From Octopus bimaculoides (Eukaryota), in contig NC_068989.1 of assembly GCF_001194135.2 (NCBI RefSeq), positions 73,915,537 to 73,979,536 on the forward strand: 64,000 nt of DNA, read 5' to 3'. The number at the start of each line of letters is the position of its first letter. The stretch's first letter is position 1. The notes below the pieces were generated by a model that ran no database searches, was not told the origin of the DNA, and worked only from the letters and a program-made list of their open reading frames with translations. Shown here in pieces: positions 10,490-23,175 of the stretch. Made by a program: the position numbers and the translations under genes.

Positions 10490-11672
10490 ATCACCACCAC
10501 CACCACCACTACCACCACCACAAACTGAGCAAAGTAACTAGCTAATACCATGTGTAATATAACTGTCGCCGCCATCAGGCTACCACACTTCCACCACCAT
10601 CACCACCACCAGTGATAAACTCTAGTATATTATGGATCATCATCACCACATCTACAACCCCACCACCACCACCACCACCACCGCCACCGCCACCAACACC
10701 GTCTTCACCACTAACATCACCATCACACGACTAACACTGCTTCTACACCACCGACATCATACCAATAAAGCCCCAGCANNNNNNNNNNNNNNNNNNNNNN
10801 NNNNNNNNNNNNNNNNNNNNNNNNNNNNNNNNNNNNNNNNNNNNNNNNNNNNNNNNNNNNNNNNNNNNNNNNNNNNNNNNNNNNNNNNNNNNNNNNNNNN
10901 NNNNNNNNNNNNNNNNNNNNNNNNNNNNNNNNNNNNNNNNNNNNNNNNNNNNNNNNNNNNNNNNNNNNNNNNNNNNNNNNNNNNNNNNNNNNNNNNNNNN
11001 NNNNNNNNNNNNNNNNNNNNNNNNNNNNNNNNNNNNNNNNNNNNNNNNNNNNNNNNNNNNNNNNNNNNNNNNNNNNNNNNNNNNNNNNNNNNNNNNNNNN
11101 NNNNNNNNNNNNNNNNNNNNNNNNNNNNNNNNNNNNNNNNNNNNNNNNNNNNNNNNNNNNNNNNNNNNNNNNNNNNNNNNNNNNNNNNNNNNNNNNNNNN
11201 NNNNNNNNNNNNNNNNNNNNNNNNNNNNNNNNNNNNNNNNNNNNNNNNNNNNNNNNNNNNNNNNNNNNNNNNNNNNNNNNNNNNNNNNNNNNNNNNNNNN
11301 NNNNNNNNNNNNNNNNNNNNNNNNNNNNNNNNNNNNNNNNNNNNNNNNNNNNNNNNNNNNNNNNNNNNNNNNNNNNNNNNNNNNNNNNNNNNNNNNNNNN
11401 NNNNNNNNNNNNNNNNNNNNNNNNNNNNNNNNNNNNNNNNNNNNNNNNNNNNNNNNNNNNNNNNNNNNNNNNNNNNNNNNNNNNNNNNNACCACCACTAT
11501 CACACCACCACCACACCACCACCACCACAACCACCACCACTATCACACCACCACCACACCACCACTATCACACCACCACCACCACACCACCACCACCACG
11601 GTTATCACAACCGATGATGACGACGACGACGACGATGATGATGATGACGACAACAATGATGACGATTATAGT
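10490..11672 (+). repeat. (CAC)n / (GAT)n trinucleotide tracts spanning a gap
   Basis: Read directly; the poly-H/T/D ORFs here are artefacts of the repeats. Confidence 0.9.
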
Positions 11673-11968
11673 GATGGACGAGGAGGATAATCAGGCAATT
11701 AATCATCTATTCGGCAACCTTAATTAAGATACGGCCTATTATTTAAGGTTACCTATAATAGCGGAGTAAATGTCTTTGAAATTTCGCGTAATATCGTTTA
11801 AAACAAATCATTTGAATGATAGATGCAGATACAGAAAAATCAATGAAAGATGCAAACGAAGACAAGGTAGTGCTGAGAAGTGCGCAAGCATTCTCATCAA
11901 TGGATCCCCACACACACACATGCATACATGCATGCATACATACATACATGCATACATGCATACATACA

Positions 11969-12001
<33 letters not shown>

Positions 12002-12011
12002 GAACGTACGT

Positions 12012-12372
12012 ATTCTTTTACTTGTTTCAGTTATTTTGACTGCGGCTATGCTGGAGCACCGCCTTTAGTCGAGCAAATCGACTCCAATACTTATTCAATC
12101 GGTCTCTTTGGCCGAACCGCTAGGTTATGGGAACGTAAACACAGTAACATCGGTTGTCAAGCGATGGTGGGGGGACAAACACAGGCACAAAAAAATATAT
12201 ATATGCAACGGGCTTCTTTTAGTTTCCGTCTACCAAATCCACTCACAAGACTTTGGTCGGGCCGAAATTATATAGTAGAAGACACTTGCCCAAGGTGCGT
12301 TGCAGTGGGACTGAACCTGGAACCATATGGTTGTGAAGCAAGCTTCTTACCACACAGCCACGCCTGCGCCTC
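12012..12372 (-). mobile_element. Full-length SINE family D
   Basis: Collinear with 7129-7572 on the reverse strand; head aggcgcaggcgtggctgtgtgg. Confidence 0.85.
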
Positions 12373-12390
12373 CACACAGCCACTCCATAC

Positions 12391-12458
<68 letters not shown>

Positions 12459-12488
12459 GTGCTTAAATATATATATATGTGTGTTTGA

Positions 12489-12620
12489 ATGTGTGGTAAG
12501 AAGCTTGCTTCCCAACCACATGTTTTCGGGTTCAGTCCCACTAAGTGGTACCTTGGCTTAATGTCTTCTACTACAGGCTTGGGCCGACCAAAACCTTGTA
12601 AGTGGATTCGGTAGATGGCG
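12489..12620 (+). mobile_element. 5' part of SINE family D, divergent to the previous copy
   Basis: gtgtggtaagaagcttgcttcccaaccacatg...gggccgaccaaaaccttgtaagtggattcggtaga. Confidence 0.8.
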
Positions 12621-12803
12621 ACACTAGCTCAGGAAGATGCATTGTGGGTTCGAACTCGAGTCGTCGTCGTTGCAATCTTATTTGAAGATTGCTTCTGCTA
12701 TGCTTTAGGAAGGTAAGATGAAGTATGAAGTCTTATATTAAGCTGAAGGTAAGGTGAGAGAGATGGGGGGAGGAGAAAGTGGAAAATGGAAAAGAGGGAA
12801 AAG

Positions 12804-12842
<39 letters not shown>

Positions 12843-14201
12843 AGAGAAAGAGAGAGAGAGAGGAAATGAGTGAGAAAGGAAGAGAGAGACGGTCAGACAA
12901 ACAGGTTGAGTATCATTTATAAAGTAAAAAGGAAAACTGATGTTGGTATACGAGGTCGATTTATTAGACTAACCCTACCAGGCGGTGTCTCGGCTTGGAC
13001 GTACTCTAATGAAGAAAGAAAGTACAAGAGAATATTCTATTGCTTTTCATTCTCTCTTTTCTTTTCGGGTTTTTTTTGCCATTGCTTCCAAGTAATATAT
13101 TACATACATATAATATACGCATATACATATCTTTCATCTAAACAGGGTGTCTTTAATCAGAGTTCTTGTATATTGACTGTTGCATTGTGCGGGGAAAAAA
13201 TGTTAATTCCTGTCCAAACTTCGAAGCAACGGCAATGAAGCTATATGAAATTTCTGGGTTTTTAGTGTTTTTGAAGGAACCAAAGCCAGACGTCAATACG
13301 TCGCTGCAAGCACTTGCACTTGTAAAAGCTATCATCGTCGTTATTGTTTTAAGATTCACGTTTCAACTCTGGCATGAGTCAGACGAAATCAGATGCTCTT
13401 CATGTTGCTAAACTTCACTTGTTTCCAAACAAGAAACTATTTCTCCACTGCCTTTTGAAAGATGTACTACTCAATAGCAAGGCATCTTGTGGGGTAAATT
13501 GCAAAGGAAGGCATTATCGAACAAACAGCGCCTTCGTTTCCATTTAACGTTCTGTCCAACCCCAACCGTTTCCCACTAGGTTCTTTTCCATTATTGCCAG
13601 ATATTGCACATTCTACATTTCTTATACACTGCAGTCCTTTCCAACTTAATCTTTTTTTTTTTTGTTAGTTTTAACAGCAACTGTCATTGCAAAATTTTCA
13701 AACATGGAAACAATATTGTCCATAAAATATTTTGCTTTTTATGATGCATTTCAGCATCGCTTCGAACATCGACCACTATTCATTTGGGTCTCTTTCTATT
13801 ATTACAGACACTGCACTCTCTACATATCTCATTCACTGCAGTAATGTTTTGTTTTGTTGTTGTTGGTTTGGCACTCTCTAGGAACATTAGTCGGGTAACA
13901 TCCGTATCTTAAAAGAATCTTGGAAACCATACGACGAATCCATCAAGCTTTTCACTGAATTCAATTATTGGAATATTACTCTCGTACACAATGGTAACGA
14001 TTGGCTATAGGGCATGTGACACTGTTACATGATCTGTAAACTCGCTTTACCATTGTCTGAGAATGAATCTGTTCTTCGGGCTATCTTTTGAATCATATGG
14101 AACGAACACAGAACGGAGTAAAATAGGTTTACATAATTTATCCGCTACATAAATAAGATACCTCAATTTTTAATTGAAATTGTCTATGTATTTATATATG
14201 T

Positions 14202-14265
<64 letters not shown>

Positions 14266-14270
14266 ATATG

Positions 14271-14335
<65 letters not shown>

Positions 14336-14354
14336 ACATACATACATACATACA

Positions 14355-14385
<31 letters not shown>

Positions 14386-15249
14386 CCATTTTCAATTATT
14401 CACATAGGAATAGGGTACGCTTTAGCCAAATCATTACAGGAAAGCACATACTGTTTAGTCTCCATTAAACGCTTCGATACTGAGAAAAGTTAGCAATTTT
14501 TTCTGCTTTATGTCATGATATTTAATTTATTCCGGTAATACATTTACTGATCGTTGTTTTACAGTCATGCATAAGTACGCGCGCACACACATACACACAT
14601 ATACACACACACGCACTCACACAGGCAAACATAAAACATACACATAGACAAAAAAAATACAAGCACACGCAGACACAATCATGAAGTTGTGTTTAAATAT
14701 AAATGCTCAAAATATTAGCTATTCGCTATCTTTTACATTTAATTTCATGCTTTTAATTAATGTTTATAATGAATTGGAAGTCACTTGTTTTTCCAATTTA
14801 ATAATTGATATTGGCGGTTTTATTCTGTGTAGGCGCTGTTTACATTGCTGTTTACCCAGACTGCACGTCTCGATTTGTGTGGTAGGATGGGGGATGCGTG
14901 GTGGTTGGAGTTAGGATACGGCGTGTACGTCTGTGCGTGTATGCATGTGTGTTTGAGTATAAAATATACAACAGGATTAAATTATAATGGAATAGTTATA
15001 AGCATATAAGTCTATATAGCATACATACATAAATTCGTGAATGTATATATATATATTTACGTACATATGTATATATATTTAAAAATAGGATAAAATCTTT
15101 ATAAGAATTTATCAAGTAGTCAGCGTGAAAAACCTCATAAAGGGAAAAATAATTATTCCCTTTAAATATATTTATTTACACTAAGGGCATTAACACACAT
15201 AAATGCCTCACGCTATGAGGGACTCTTAAAGTCAAAACTACCATAATAA

Positions 15250-15287
<38 letters not shown>

Positions 15288-15385
15288 GTATTTCTGAATG
15301 TACATTATAAGTATGTATATGCGTGGGTGGGTAGGTGTTTATATGTCTGTGTATGTGAGAAAGAGAGAGATAGAGAGATAACGAG

Positions 15386-15465
<80 letters not shown>

Positions 15466-15844
15466 TCTGCAGAAGCCCCTGTGTGTGCCATAGCTAAAGA
15501 GCTTCATGTGGGAGTCTGTCCTAAAATTATGAGAAAATTCATGAGTAAAGAGCAGTTTCAAAGGAAGCTCAATACAAGACTATGAGAAATTATGTAAAGA
15601 GATAATTATTGAAACACCAAAAGAATAAAGAAGGCCTTTGAAGCAGCTGAGAGCAATTGAGAGCGGGTTCAATATGCAACAGGAAATATATTACAATGGA
15701 ACAATTGTTTCTAATTTCGATGGATCTTCGTCGTTTGACAACGTGGTTCCAGTTGTTCGTTCAACAGAATCATCTGCTTCTGAATTAAATGCTTGAGTAT
15801 TCCACACACGCAAATGGAAACGTAAGGTCTTTTTTCTCTCTTTT

Positions 15845-16221
15845 GGCTCTCCGTCGCTTACGACGTCGAGGATTCCAGTTGATCCGATCAACGGAACAGC
15901 CTGCTCGTGAAATTAACGTGCAAGTGGCTGAGCACTCCACAGATACGTGTACCCTTACCGTAGTTCTCGGGGATATTCAGCGTGACACAGTGTGACAAGG
16001 CTGACCCTTTGAATTATAGGCATAGCAGAAACAGAAAGTAAGAGTGAGAGAAAGTTGTGGTGGAAGAGTACAGCAGGGTTCGCCACCATCCCCTGCCGGA
16101 GCCTCGTGGAGCTTTAGGTGTTTTCGCTCAATAAACACTCACAACGCCCGGTCTGGGAATCGAAACCGCAATCCTATGACGGCGAGTCCGCTGCCGTAAC
16201 CACTGGGCCATTGCGCCTCAA
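15845..16221 (-). mobile_element. Full-length SINE family A nested in an older copy of the same 3' module
   Basis: Near-identical to 6281-6665. Degenerate collinear module pieces lie at ~15720-15810 and ~16222-16300. Confidence 0.9.
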
Positions 16222-16371
16222 CTAAACGTGCCTAAGGTAATTCTCATGGAAAATCAGTGTGACACAGCGTGTAACAATTTTGTACCTTTTGAATTACAAA
16301 CACGAGGGCGATTCAGAAATGCAAGCTTTATTTGCATTAGTTTTTGATTCAACCTCATATATATATATATA

Positions 16372-16530
16372 CGAGGATGAGTCAGACAGTAGTGCAAATA
16401 AATATTACACAACAGGCGCTGGTCTATTCATTTGACTAAAAATACAAGGTGGTGCCCCAGCAGGACTGCAGTGTAATGAGTGAAGCGAGTAGAAGATGAA
16501 AAATACAATATACTTTCCGACTCACCCTCG
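16372..16530. mobile_element. Mariner-type MITE with TA flanks carrying a SINE-D 3' fragment
   Basis: TA-CGAGGATGAGTCAGACAGTA versus reverse complement of right end TA-CGAGGGTGAGTCGGAAAGTA (17/20). Interior ~16421-16503 resembles the SINE-D tail. Confidence 0.6.
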
Positions 16531-16812
16531 TACAATCTAACCGATGAGTTTCTTTTATACAGTTTTTATCTACGCAGTTCTACTCATAAGTAATGAGTTG
16601 ACCAGAGGTTTTAGTGAACGACATTTGCCCAAGATCCCATGCTGTTGCGAAGCGAATTTCTTAACCATTTGCTCATACTGTATATATATTATTTCGAACG
16701 GAAGTCAGCAAACGCGGAAAAAGTTTATGTAAAGATAAAGGCATCGACATCAGCGAAACATGAATATACTTGCAGAAATTAACTGACTTATACACACACA
16801 CACACACACATA

Positions 16813-17089
16813 CGTGGTCTGATCAATAAGTATAAGGACTGTTGCCATAGTAACAAAGCTGAAGCACTCAGAGTGAAGTCGCTTGGCACAGATTAACCTT
16901 GAACTCTGCTGTGCATGTGCACTAAATTTTAACTTTCTAACTGACTTTCGCTGTTTACAGAGGTGCTTGGAAAGAACGTGTTTAGTGTGTGATCGTCGCA
17001 TTGATCATGACAGAGAAAGTTGAGCAGAGAATCTGCATCAAATTTTGCCAAAAGCTGGGTGATCCCTGCTCAGAGGCCTACGCAAAGTT
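16813..17089 (+). mobile_element. Mariner 5' end (TIR, leader, start of transposase)
   Basis: TA-cgtggtctgatcaataagtataaggac TIR; ATG at 17007 gives MTEKVEQRICIKFCQKLGDPCSEAYAK, a typical mariner N-terminus. Confidence 0.85.
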
Positions 17090-17531
17090 TTCAAGAAGTT
17101 TTTCATCGTTCTCAACATGATCAACATCTTGTGCAACTGAAACCCGAATGTCTTTTTAGTCAGTTGAAAGCAGTTTGCCACGAACTCGACAGACACGAGT
17201 CTCATACCAAAATCTTCAGTGATAATGGACTGAACTGAACCGTAATTAATCTGCACATTCTCTGATGACTCATGGGTGGGGATTCGATGATTTCCCTTCA
17301 CAGCTGCACGCACATCGGTGACGTTTTCCGCAGTCCTGCTGCTTGAGGGTCTCCTAGAACGTTCGTCAATATCGACATTTTTTCGGCCATCTTGGAAACG
17401 TCTGAACCACTCGTATACTTGTGTGCGGCTCATACACTCCTGTCCATACACTTTCTGTAACTTTGCGCAGACCTCTGAGCAGGTATCACCATGACAACTT
17501 TCTTTGTCATGGTCAATGCGACGATCACAGA
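17085..17531 (-). mobile_element. Mariner transposase N-terminal HTH fragment, inverted relative to the previous piece
   Basis: KLQKVYGQECMSRTQVYEWFRRFQDGRKNVDIDERSRRPSSSRTAENV...IITEDFGMR. Confidence 0.85.
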
Positions 17532-17614
17532 GAAAGTGGAAAGAGAGAGGAAGCGAGAACGAGAGAAAGGGTGAGAGAGAGAGAGAGAAGGCGTGAAAGA
17601 AAGGGAAAGAGCGA

Positions 17615-17651
<37 letters not shown>

Positions 17652-18029
17652 CGCGCGCGCGCGTTTCGTTCTGTGTTTTCGTCTTTGTTCGTTGAAGTAT
17701 TAATGAAGAGATGTGAAGATAACGCCAAAACAAATAAATGCCTATTAAGCAATGTACGACTAATTGCTATGTATGTGGCGCAGCACAAATAAAGAACGAT
17801 TATTATATGACACCATAGCTTCGAATTGACTGCCACGACCATTGTGAATGTATTGGGTAGAATAAAAGATCGTTGAAACCCGTCGGCCGAGCTGGTTATA
17901 CATGTAATTAAAAGGTCTAATCTTGTCACATAACTTGTCACTCTGTTTCTACTCGAGAATTACGCAACGAGTTACTCGTACCTGCGGAAATCTAAGTCAC
18001 TTACGCTTACATTTAATGATTTGGTATGA

Positions 18030-18400
18030 AGAAGGAGCGTGGCCTACTGGTTAGAGCGTCCCGGATCGATGTGATAAGGCAGTAAGTTCAATTCTTGAAC
18101 CGGGCAGTACATCGTGTCCTTTAAAAGCACACATACCACGTTGTTTCAGTCTACTCAGGCATAAACGAGTACCTATCGAGTGCTGTTGCAGCTCTCACTC
18201 TCTCTCACTCACTCTCTCTCTCTCTCTCATTCACTCACTCTCTCTCTCTCACTCACTCTCTCTCTCCCACCCTCCCTCTATTACATCCTTAAAGTGCCGA
18301 TGGCTCAAGGATGAAATGACCGAGTGTGTGTCGATGTCTCCGCGCTATTGCATTGGCACCGAAAATAATTAGCAAAGGCATGGTGCATATTATGAGGCCA
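18030..18400 (+). mobile_element. Old tRNA-headed, CORE-like SINE
   Basis: gcgtggcctactggttagagcg head, aagttcaattc B box, gtgtcctt...gtttcagtctactcag core. Similar decayed copies at ~18520-18740 and ~50340-50640. Confidence 0.45.
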
Positions 18401-20386
18401 TATTCGCTCGTGAGTGACAGCTAGCTGTACGGCAGTTCTCTATTCTTGTCTGTGGAATTTTCAGCATATATAACGAAAAGCTGTGAAAGTGTATCGTTAG
18501 GGATGTGTATTATGTCTTTGAGCAAGAGACTTTGTTCCACATTGCTCTAGTCTACGCATCTGTAAAGTAATACTTTCCGGGCGCTGGTACAGCTCTCCCT
18601 TCTACCAACAGTTACATCGGAGATTTGCTGCTGAGTCAAGTGTTAAGTGGCTGAGAGAAATCTGTGTCTGCTTGTAGCTATATATGTACCTAAAACTACT
18701 GGCGAAACCGCGAAAGAATGGTTACATGTTATCAAGTAATACTCGTACACGAGTGACAGCGGGCTGTACATTGTTTTTAACGAAGTAATTCATTTGGTCG
18801 GTCAAATAAATCATCATTGAAATTTATGAATAACCCACCGCGTCTAGGAATCCAATGTCGAAGTTGTCTTTCCTCTACGAAGAGTGTAGAGTATGATTTT
18901 GGAGACATATGGCTGCAGTTTATAATATATAAACTAACTCTATAGTGACTCTTTCATTCAGAATAATGCTACAATATCACACGGTTTCAGATTACGACAC
19001 ACACTGATAAGGATTTGCCCAAATACAGCCAGGGCGGGAGTTTCTATGTGTTCGCTTGACCTGCAGATATGTAGGAAATTTGAAAGAAGAGGGTAACGTC
19101 ATTTATTCATGGAGAATGCATGAATAAACAACAAAAGAAAATTAAGCGTTCTCTCTCCAGTCACACGAAAATAATTCATTTCTTCAATCAACAAATTGCA
19201 AACTCGTTGAATTAACGTGTAAATGACCGAATATTCCACAGACGTAAGTGCACTTTATTATCATGCGTTGTCAGCACGATAAGATATGTGTCAAGTTTGG
19301 ACGTTTAAATTGTAATTCATCCGACTAGCTTTCACACAATTACTCTCCTCTATTTTCCTTCGTTAAGGCTTGAGCCTATCCGAGGCTAAGACGTTTGCTC
19401 GCAGAGAATATATCAATGAACGGCGATAAAATTAAGCATTCTCCGTTGGGTTTGATAAGCATTTAGCTGCTTGCTCCTCCCTCTGTCTTCTATCACAACT
19501 AAAATAGCCTCTGTTCCTCGAAGCTGGCTGGTTTCGTACCTTTCCCTCTCGGGCACCCCTTATCCAGTCGTCTTTCCCGACGACTGCACTAACTACTGTA
19601 TCCAGTTATTTTTTCTTAAAGCATAAACCTTCTGGAATTTTTCCATGTTTATATATTTCCTCCAGATGTGGACTTGCAACAGTGGAAATAGAACATGAAT
19701 GGTATCAAGCTCACTGATGTCGGAGGACCTGAAATGACCGTGGGCAATGCCTCTTGTCTCCAGGCTCAACAATTAAAAAATCAAAACAAAACAAAAACAA
19801 ACAAAAAAATCAACAAAATAATACTAAAGTACCTGCTCGTCAAACTATCGTGCATTTGACTGAGTATATACAAACAGCGGAATCGGCGTGATAACAATAT
19901 TCGACAACGCTGGTTATTTGAATTACAGGTGCAGTCTATCCAACGGGCTTCCATGCAGTTTCCCTTCACTCAGTTTTACTAACAAAGCTTGAGCAATTTC
20001 GAAGCTAAAACTTTTGGAAAAAGACAGATGCCCTAGATACCACATGATGGGATCGAACCCAAGACGTCATGGTTTCACAACAACGTTCTTAACCATTCGG
20101 TCATGGCTGCGTTTTGATAGAAAGGAAGATAACAGGCGGATAGCAGCGGGAATAGTGAAGAGAAAGAAAAGGAACTAAAAGGAATAAGAAGGCAGGAAGA
20201 AAAAGCATTTATAAATCAGGCAAATGCTTATGATGAATGGATATTTTAAAGATATCATGTCAATTAACTCCGACAGTTCACATGCAATAAGGACAAACTT
20301 ACTCAGTCTGATCTGCACTGCACTGAATGCTGCTTCCTCTCTTTCTCTCCTTCTTACTCTCACGTTCTGTCTCCCTTCCTCTCGCC

Positions 20387-20419
<33 letters not shown>

Positions 20420-20436
20420 TACACACACACACACAC

Positions 20437-20785
20437 AGTTGATCCGATCAACGGAGCAGCCTGCTCGTGAAATTAACGGGAAAGTGGCTGAGCACTCCAC
20501 AGACACGTGTACCCTTAACGTAGTTCTCGGGGATATTCAGCCGTGACACAGTGTGACAAGGCTGACCCTTTTGAATTACAGGCACAACAGAAACAGGAAG
20601 TAAGAGTGAGAGAAAGTTGTGGTGGAATAGTACAGCAGGGTTCGCCACCATCCCCTGCCGGAGCCTCTTGGAGCTTTAGGTGTTTTTCGCTCAATAAACA
20701 CTCACAACGCCCGGTCTGGGAGTCGAAACCGCGATCCTATGACCGCGAGTCTGCTGCTCTAACCACTGGGCCATTGCGTCTCCAC
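20437..20785 (-). mobile_element. SINE family A, 3' end lost to a (CA)n tract
   Basis: Near-identical to 6281-6665. Confidence 0.9.
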
Positions 20786-22194
20786 ATATCAGACGTAGGG
20801 ACAACCCATAAGTGAATAAGTTTTAAATATCACTTTTTTTCTCTGCATAAGAATTTACCCAGACGCACGAGTTTCACTATGCCTGTGGGCACATGCTTGT
20901 CTCTCCGTGTGCGGCTAGGTATGTGCTCGAGTGCGCATGCCAGTTTTTAATCGTGTACACCGGTGCAAAATAATGTAAACACATTAGGATAATGCATATT
21001 GTAAAATGAAAGTAACTCCACCCAGAGATCGACTGACTGATGATAGTCATTCGATAAATACTCGTAAGGTCGATAAACTGAGTTTCAACATATTACGTAA
21101 TGGGATCAATATAATGAACTAAAACTCATTAAGCCACACCTCAGCCGGGTCGTAATACAATACTGAAACTAATAAGAGTTATGTGTATATCAATAAATCT
21201 ATATGTAAACACACACATGCACACGCACACACACACACATGCACACATACACACATACACACGCGCGCGCGCATACACATACACGCTCATGCACACATAT
21301 ATGTATGGAGTAATACGAGGTGCTGAGTCAGCTTGTTACTCAATAAATACAACTCCAACTACATGTTGAGTGCAAATTCTGTTCGTTTGTTCACTCAGTT
21401 ATGTACACACGCACGTTCACACACACACATACACACACACACATACACACACACTTGCACACACACACACACACACACACTCACACAAGTATAAATGTAT
21501 ATGTATGCGTGTGTTGTGCGCTTATGTATATATCTATATATGAATATATATATATATATGTATGTATATATATATATATATATATATATNNNNNNNNNNN
21601 NNNNNNNNNNNNNNNNNNNNNNNNNNNNNNNNNNNNNNNNNNNNNNNNNNNNNNNNNNNNNNNNNNNNNNNNNNNNNNNNNNNNNNNNNNNNNNNNNNNN
21701 NNNNNNNNNNNNNNNNNNNNNNNNNNNNNNNNNNNNNNNNNNNNNNNNNNNNNNNNNNNNNNNNNNNNNNNNNNNNNNNNNNNNNNNNNNNNNNNNNNNN
21801 NNNNNNNNNNNNNNNNNNNNNNNNNNNNNNNNNNNNNNNNNNNNNNNNNNNNNNNNNNNNNNNNNNNNNNNNNNNNNNNNNNNNNNNNNNNNNNNNNNNN
21901 NNNNNNNNNNNNNNNNNNNNNNNNNNNNNNNNNNNNNNNNNNNNNNNNNNNNNNNNNNNNNNNNNNNNNNNNNNNNNNNNNNNNNNNNNNNNNNNNNNNN
22001 NNNNNNNNNNNNNNNNNNNNNNNNNNNNNNNNNNNNNNNNNNNNNNNNNNNNNNNNNNNNNNNNNNNNNNNNNNNNNNNNNNNNNNNNNNNNNNNNNNNN
22101 NNNNNNNNNNNNNNNNNNNNNNNNNNNNNNNNNNNNNNNNNNNNNNNNNNNNNNNNNNNNNNNNNNNNNNNNNNNNNNNNNNNNNNNNNNNNNN

Positions 22195-22229
<35 letters not shown>

Positions 22230-23051
22230 TATATATATGATATTATACATATATATGTATATATAGAGAGAGGGAATCTGAAATAAAAATCAGAAATAAG
22301 GTAAACGTACGAGCCTGTGTTTTTGTAACGATGCAAGGGGTGGAAAATTGTTTGCGTAACGCAAACTATGCATCTTCTGTAACTCTCACACACTTGCTAC
22401 TTTACTTTTCTGTGCTCTGGATTTCATAGTTGAAATCGCTTTCAGACACATCGTTAATAAAGATTTATCTGCATACTTCTTGATGTTTCTACAATTGTAT
22501 TCAACATACTTAAGGTGGTGCTCCAGCATGGCCACAGTCAAATGACTGAGGCAAGTAAAAGAATAAAAGAATACTTCAATCCCATCGAATTGATTCAGCC
22601 CTTCTTACCACTTCATCATCGATCTCTTTATTAAATAAAAGTAATAAATATGTGAATGAATATAAATGAATGGTCGACGCTGGGATACTTTCGACCAAGT
22701 CCTTGTTCACCTGGAGTTAAACACAAAAATAACAACAGTAGTAATAAACGTAACAACGGTATCAAGAACAGAAAGAATGATAATGCCTCCAATATCACAC
22801 AGTGCCCAACAGATTCAGTGGGAATACATCATAGATGTTTATCCGCGTATAGAAAATTATTAGAATATAGGAATAAAGGAATAAATTGTAGAGGATTTGA
22901 AGCATGAACTAACATCCACTTGAGGCACGAAAATATCTGAATTTTCGCAAGAGGTTTACTACTCCAAGTTACATTATTCTGCATCACAGAGAAATAATAC
23001 AACAGAGTATTTCACACGACTGAACTCAACATATGCTTGTCAGTATAGTTC

Positions 23052-23175
23052 AAATTTACAGAAAACAAAAGACGAAGACAGGGGTAGGAACAACAAGCAT
23101 GTGTATTAGTTTGACGTTTGGGAAGAATGGAAAAGTATTTTATGTTTCGTGCTTACGCTCTTAGACAGAAAGGAT
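23052..23175 (-). mobile_element. Probable Penelope-type terminal remnant with a decayed hammerhead-like core
   Basis: Minus strand ctgtctaagagc-gtaa-gcac-gaaac at 23144-23168 and a downstream cgtc at 23113-23116. Confidence 0.35.

Noticed and set aside
19564-19585. 8-bp GC stem hairpin cagtcgtc-tttccc-gacgactg as a Helitron end or terminator
   Set aside because: No CTRR at the expected distance and no U-tract; isolated short stems are expected by chance.
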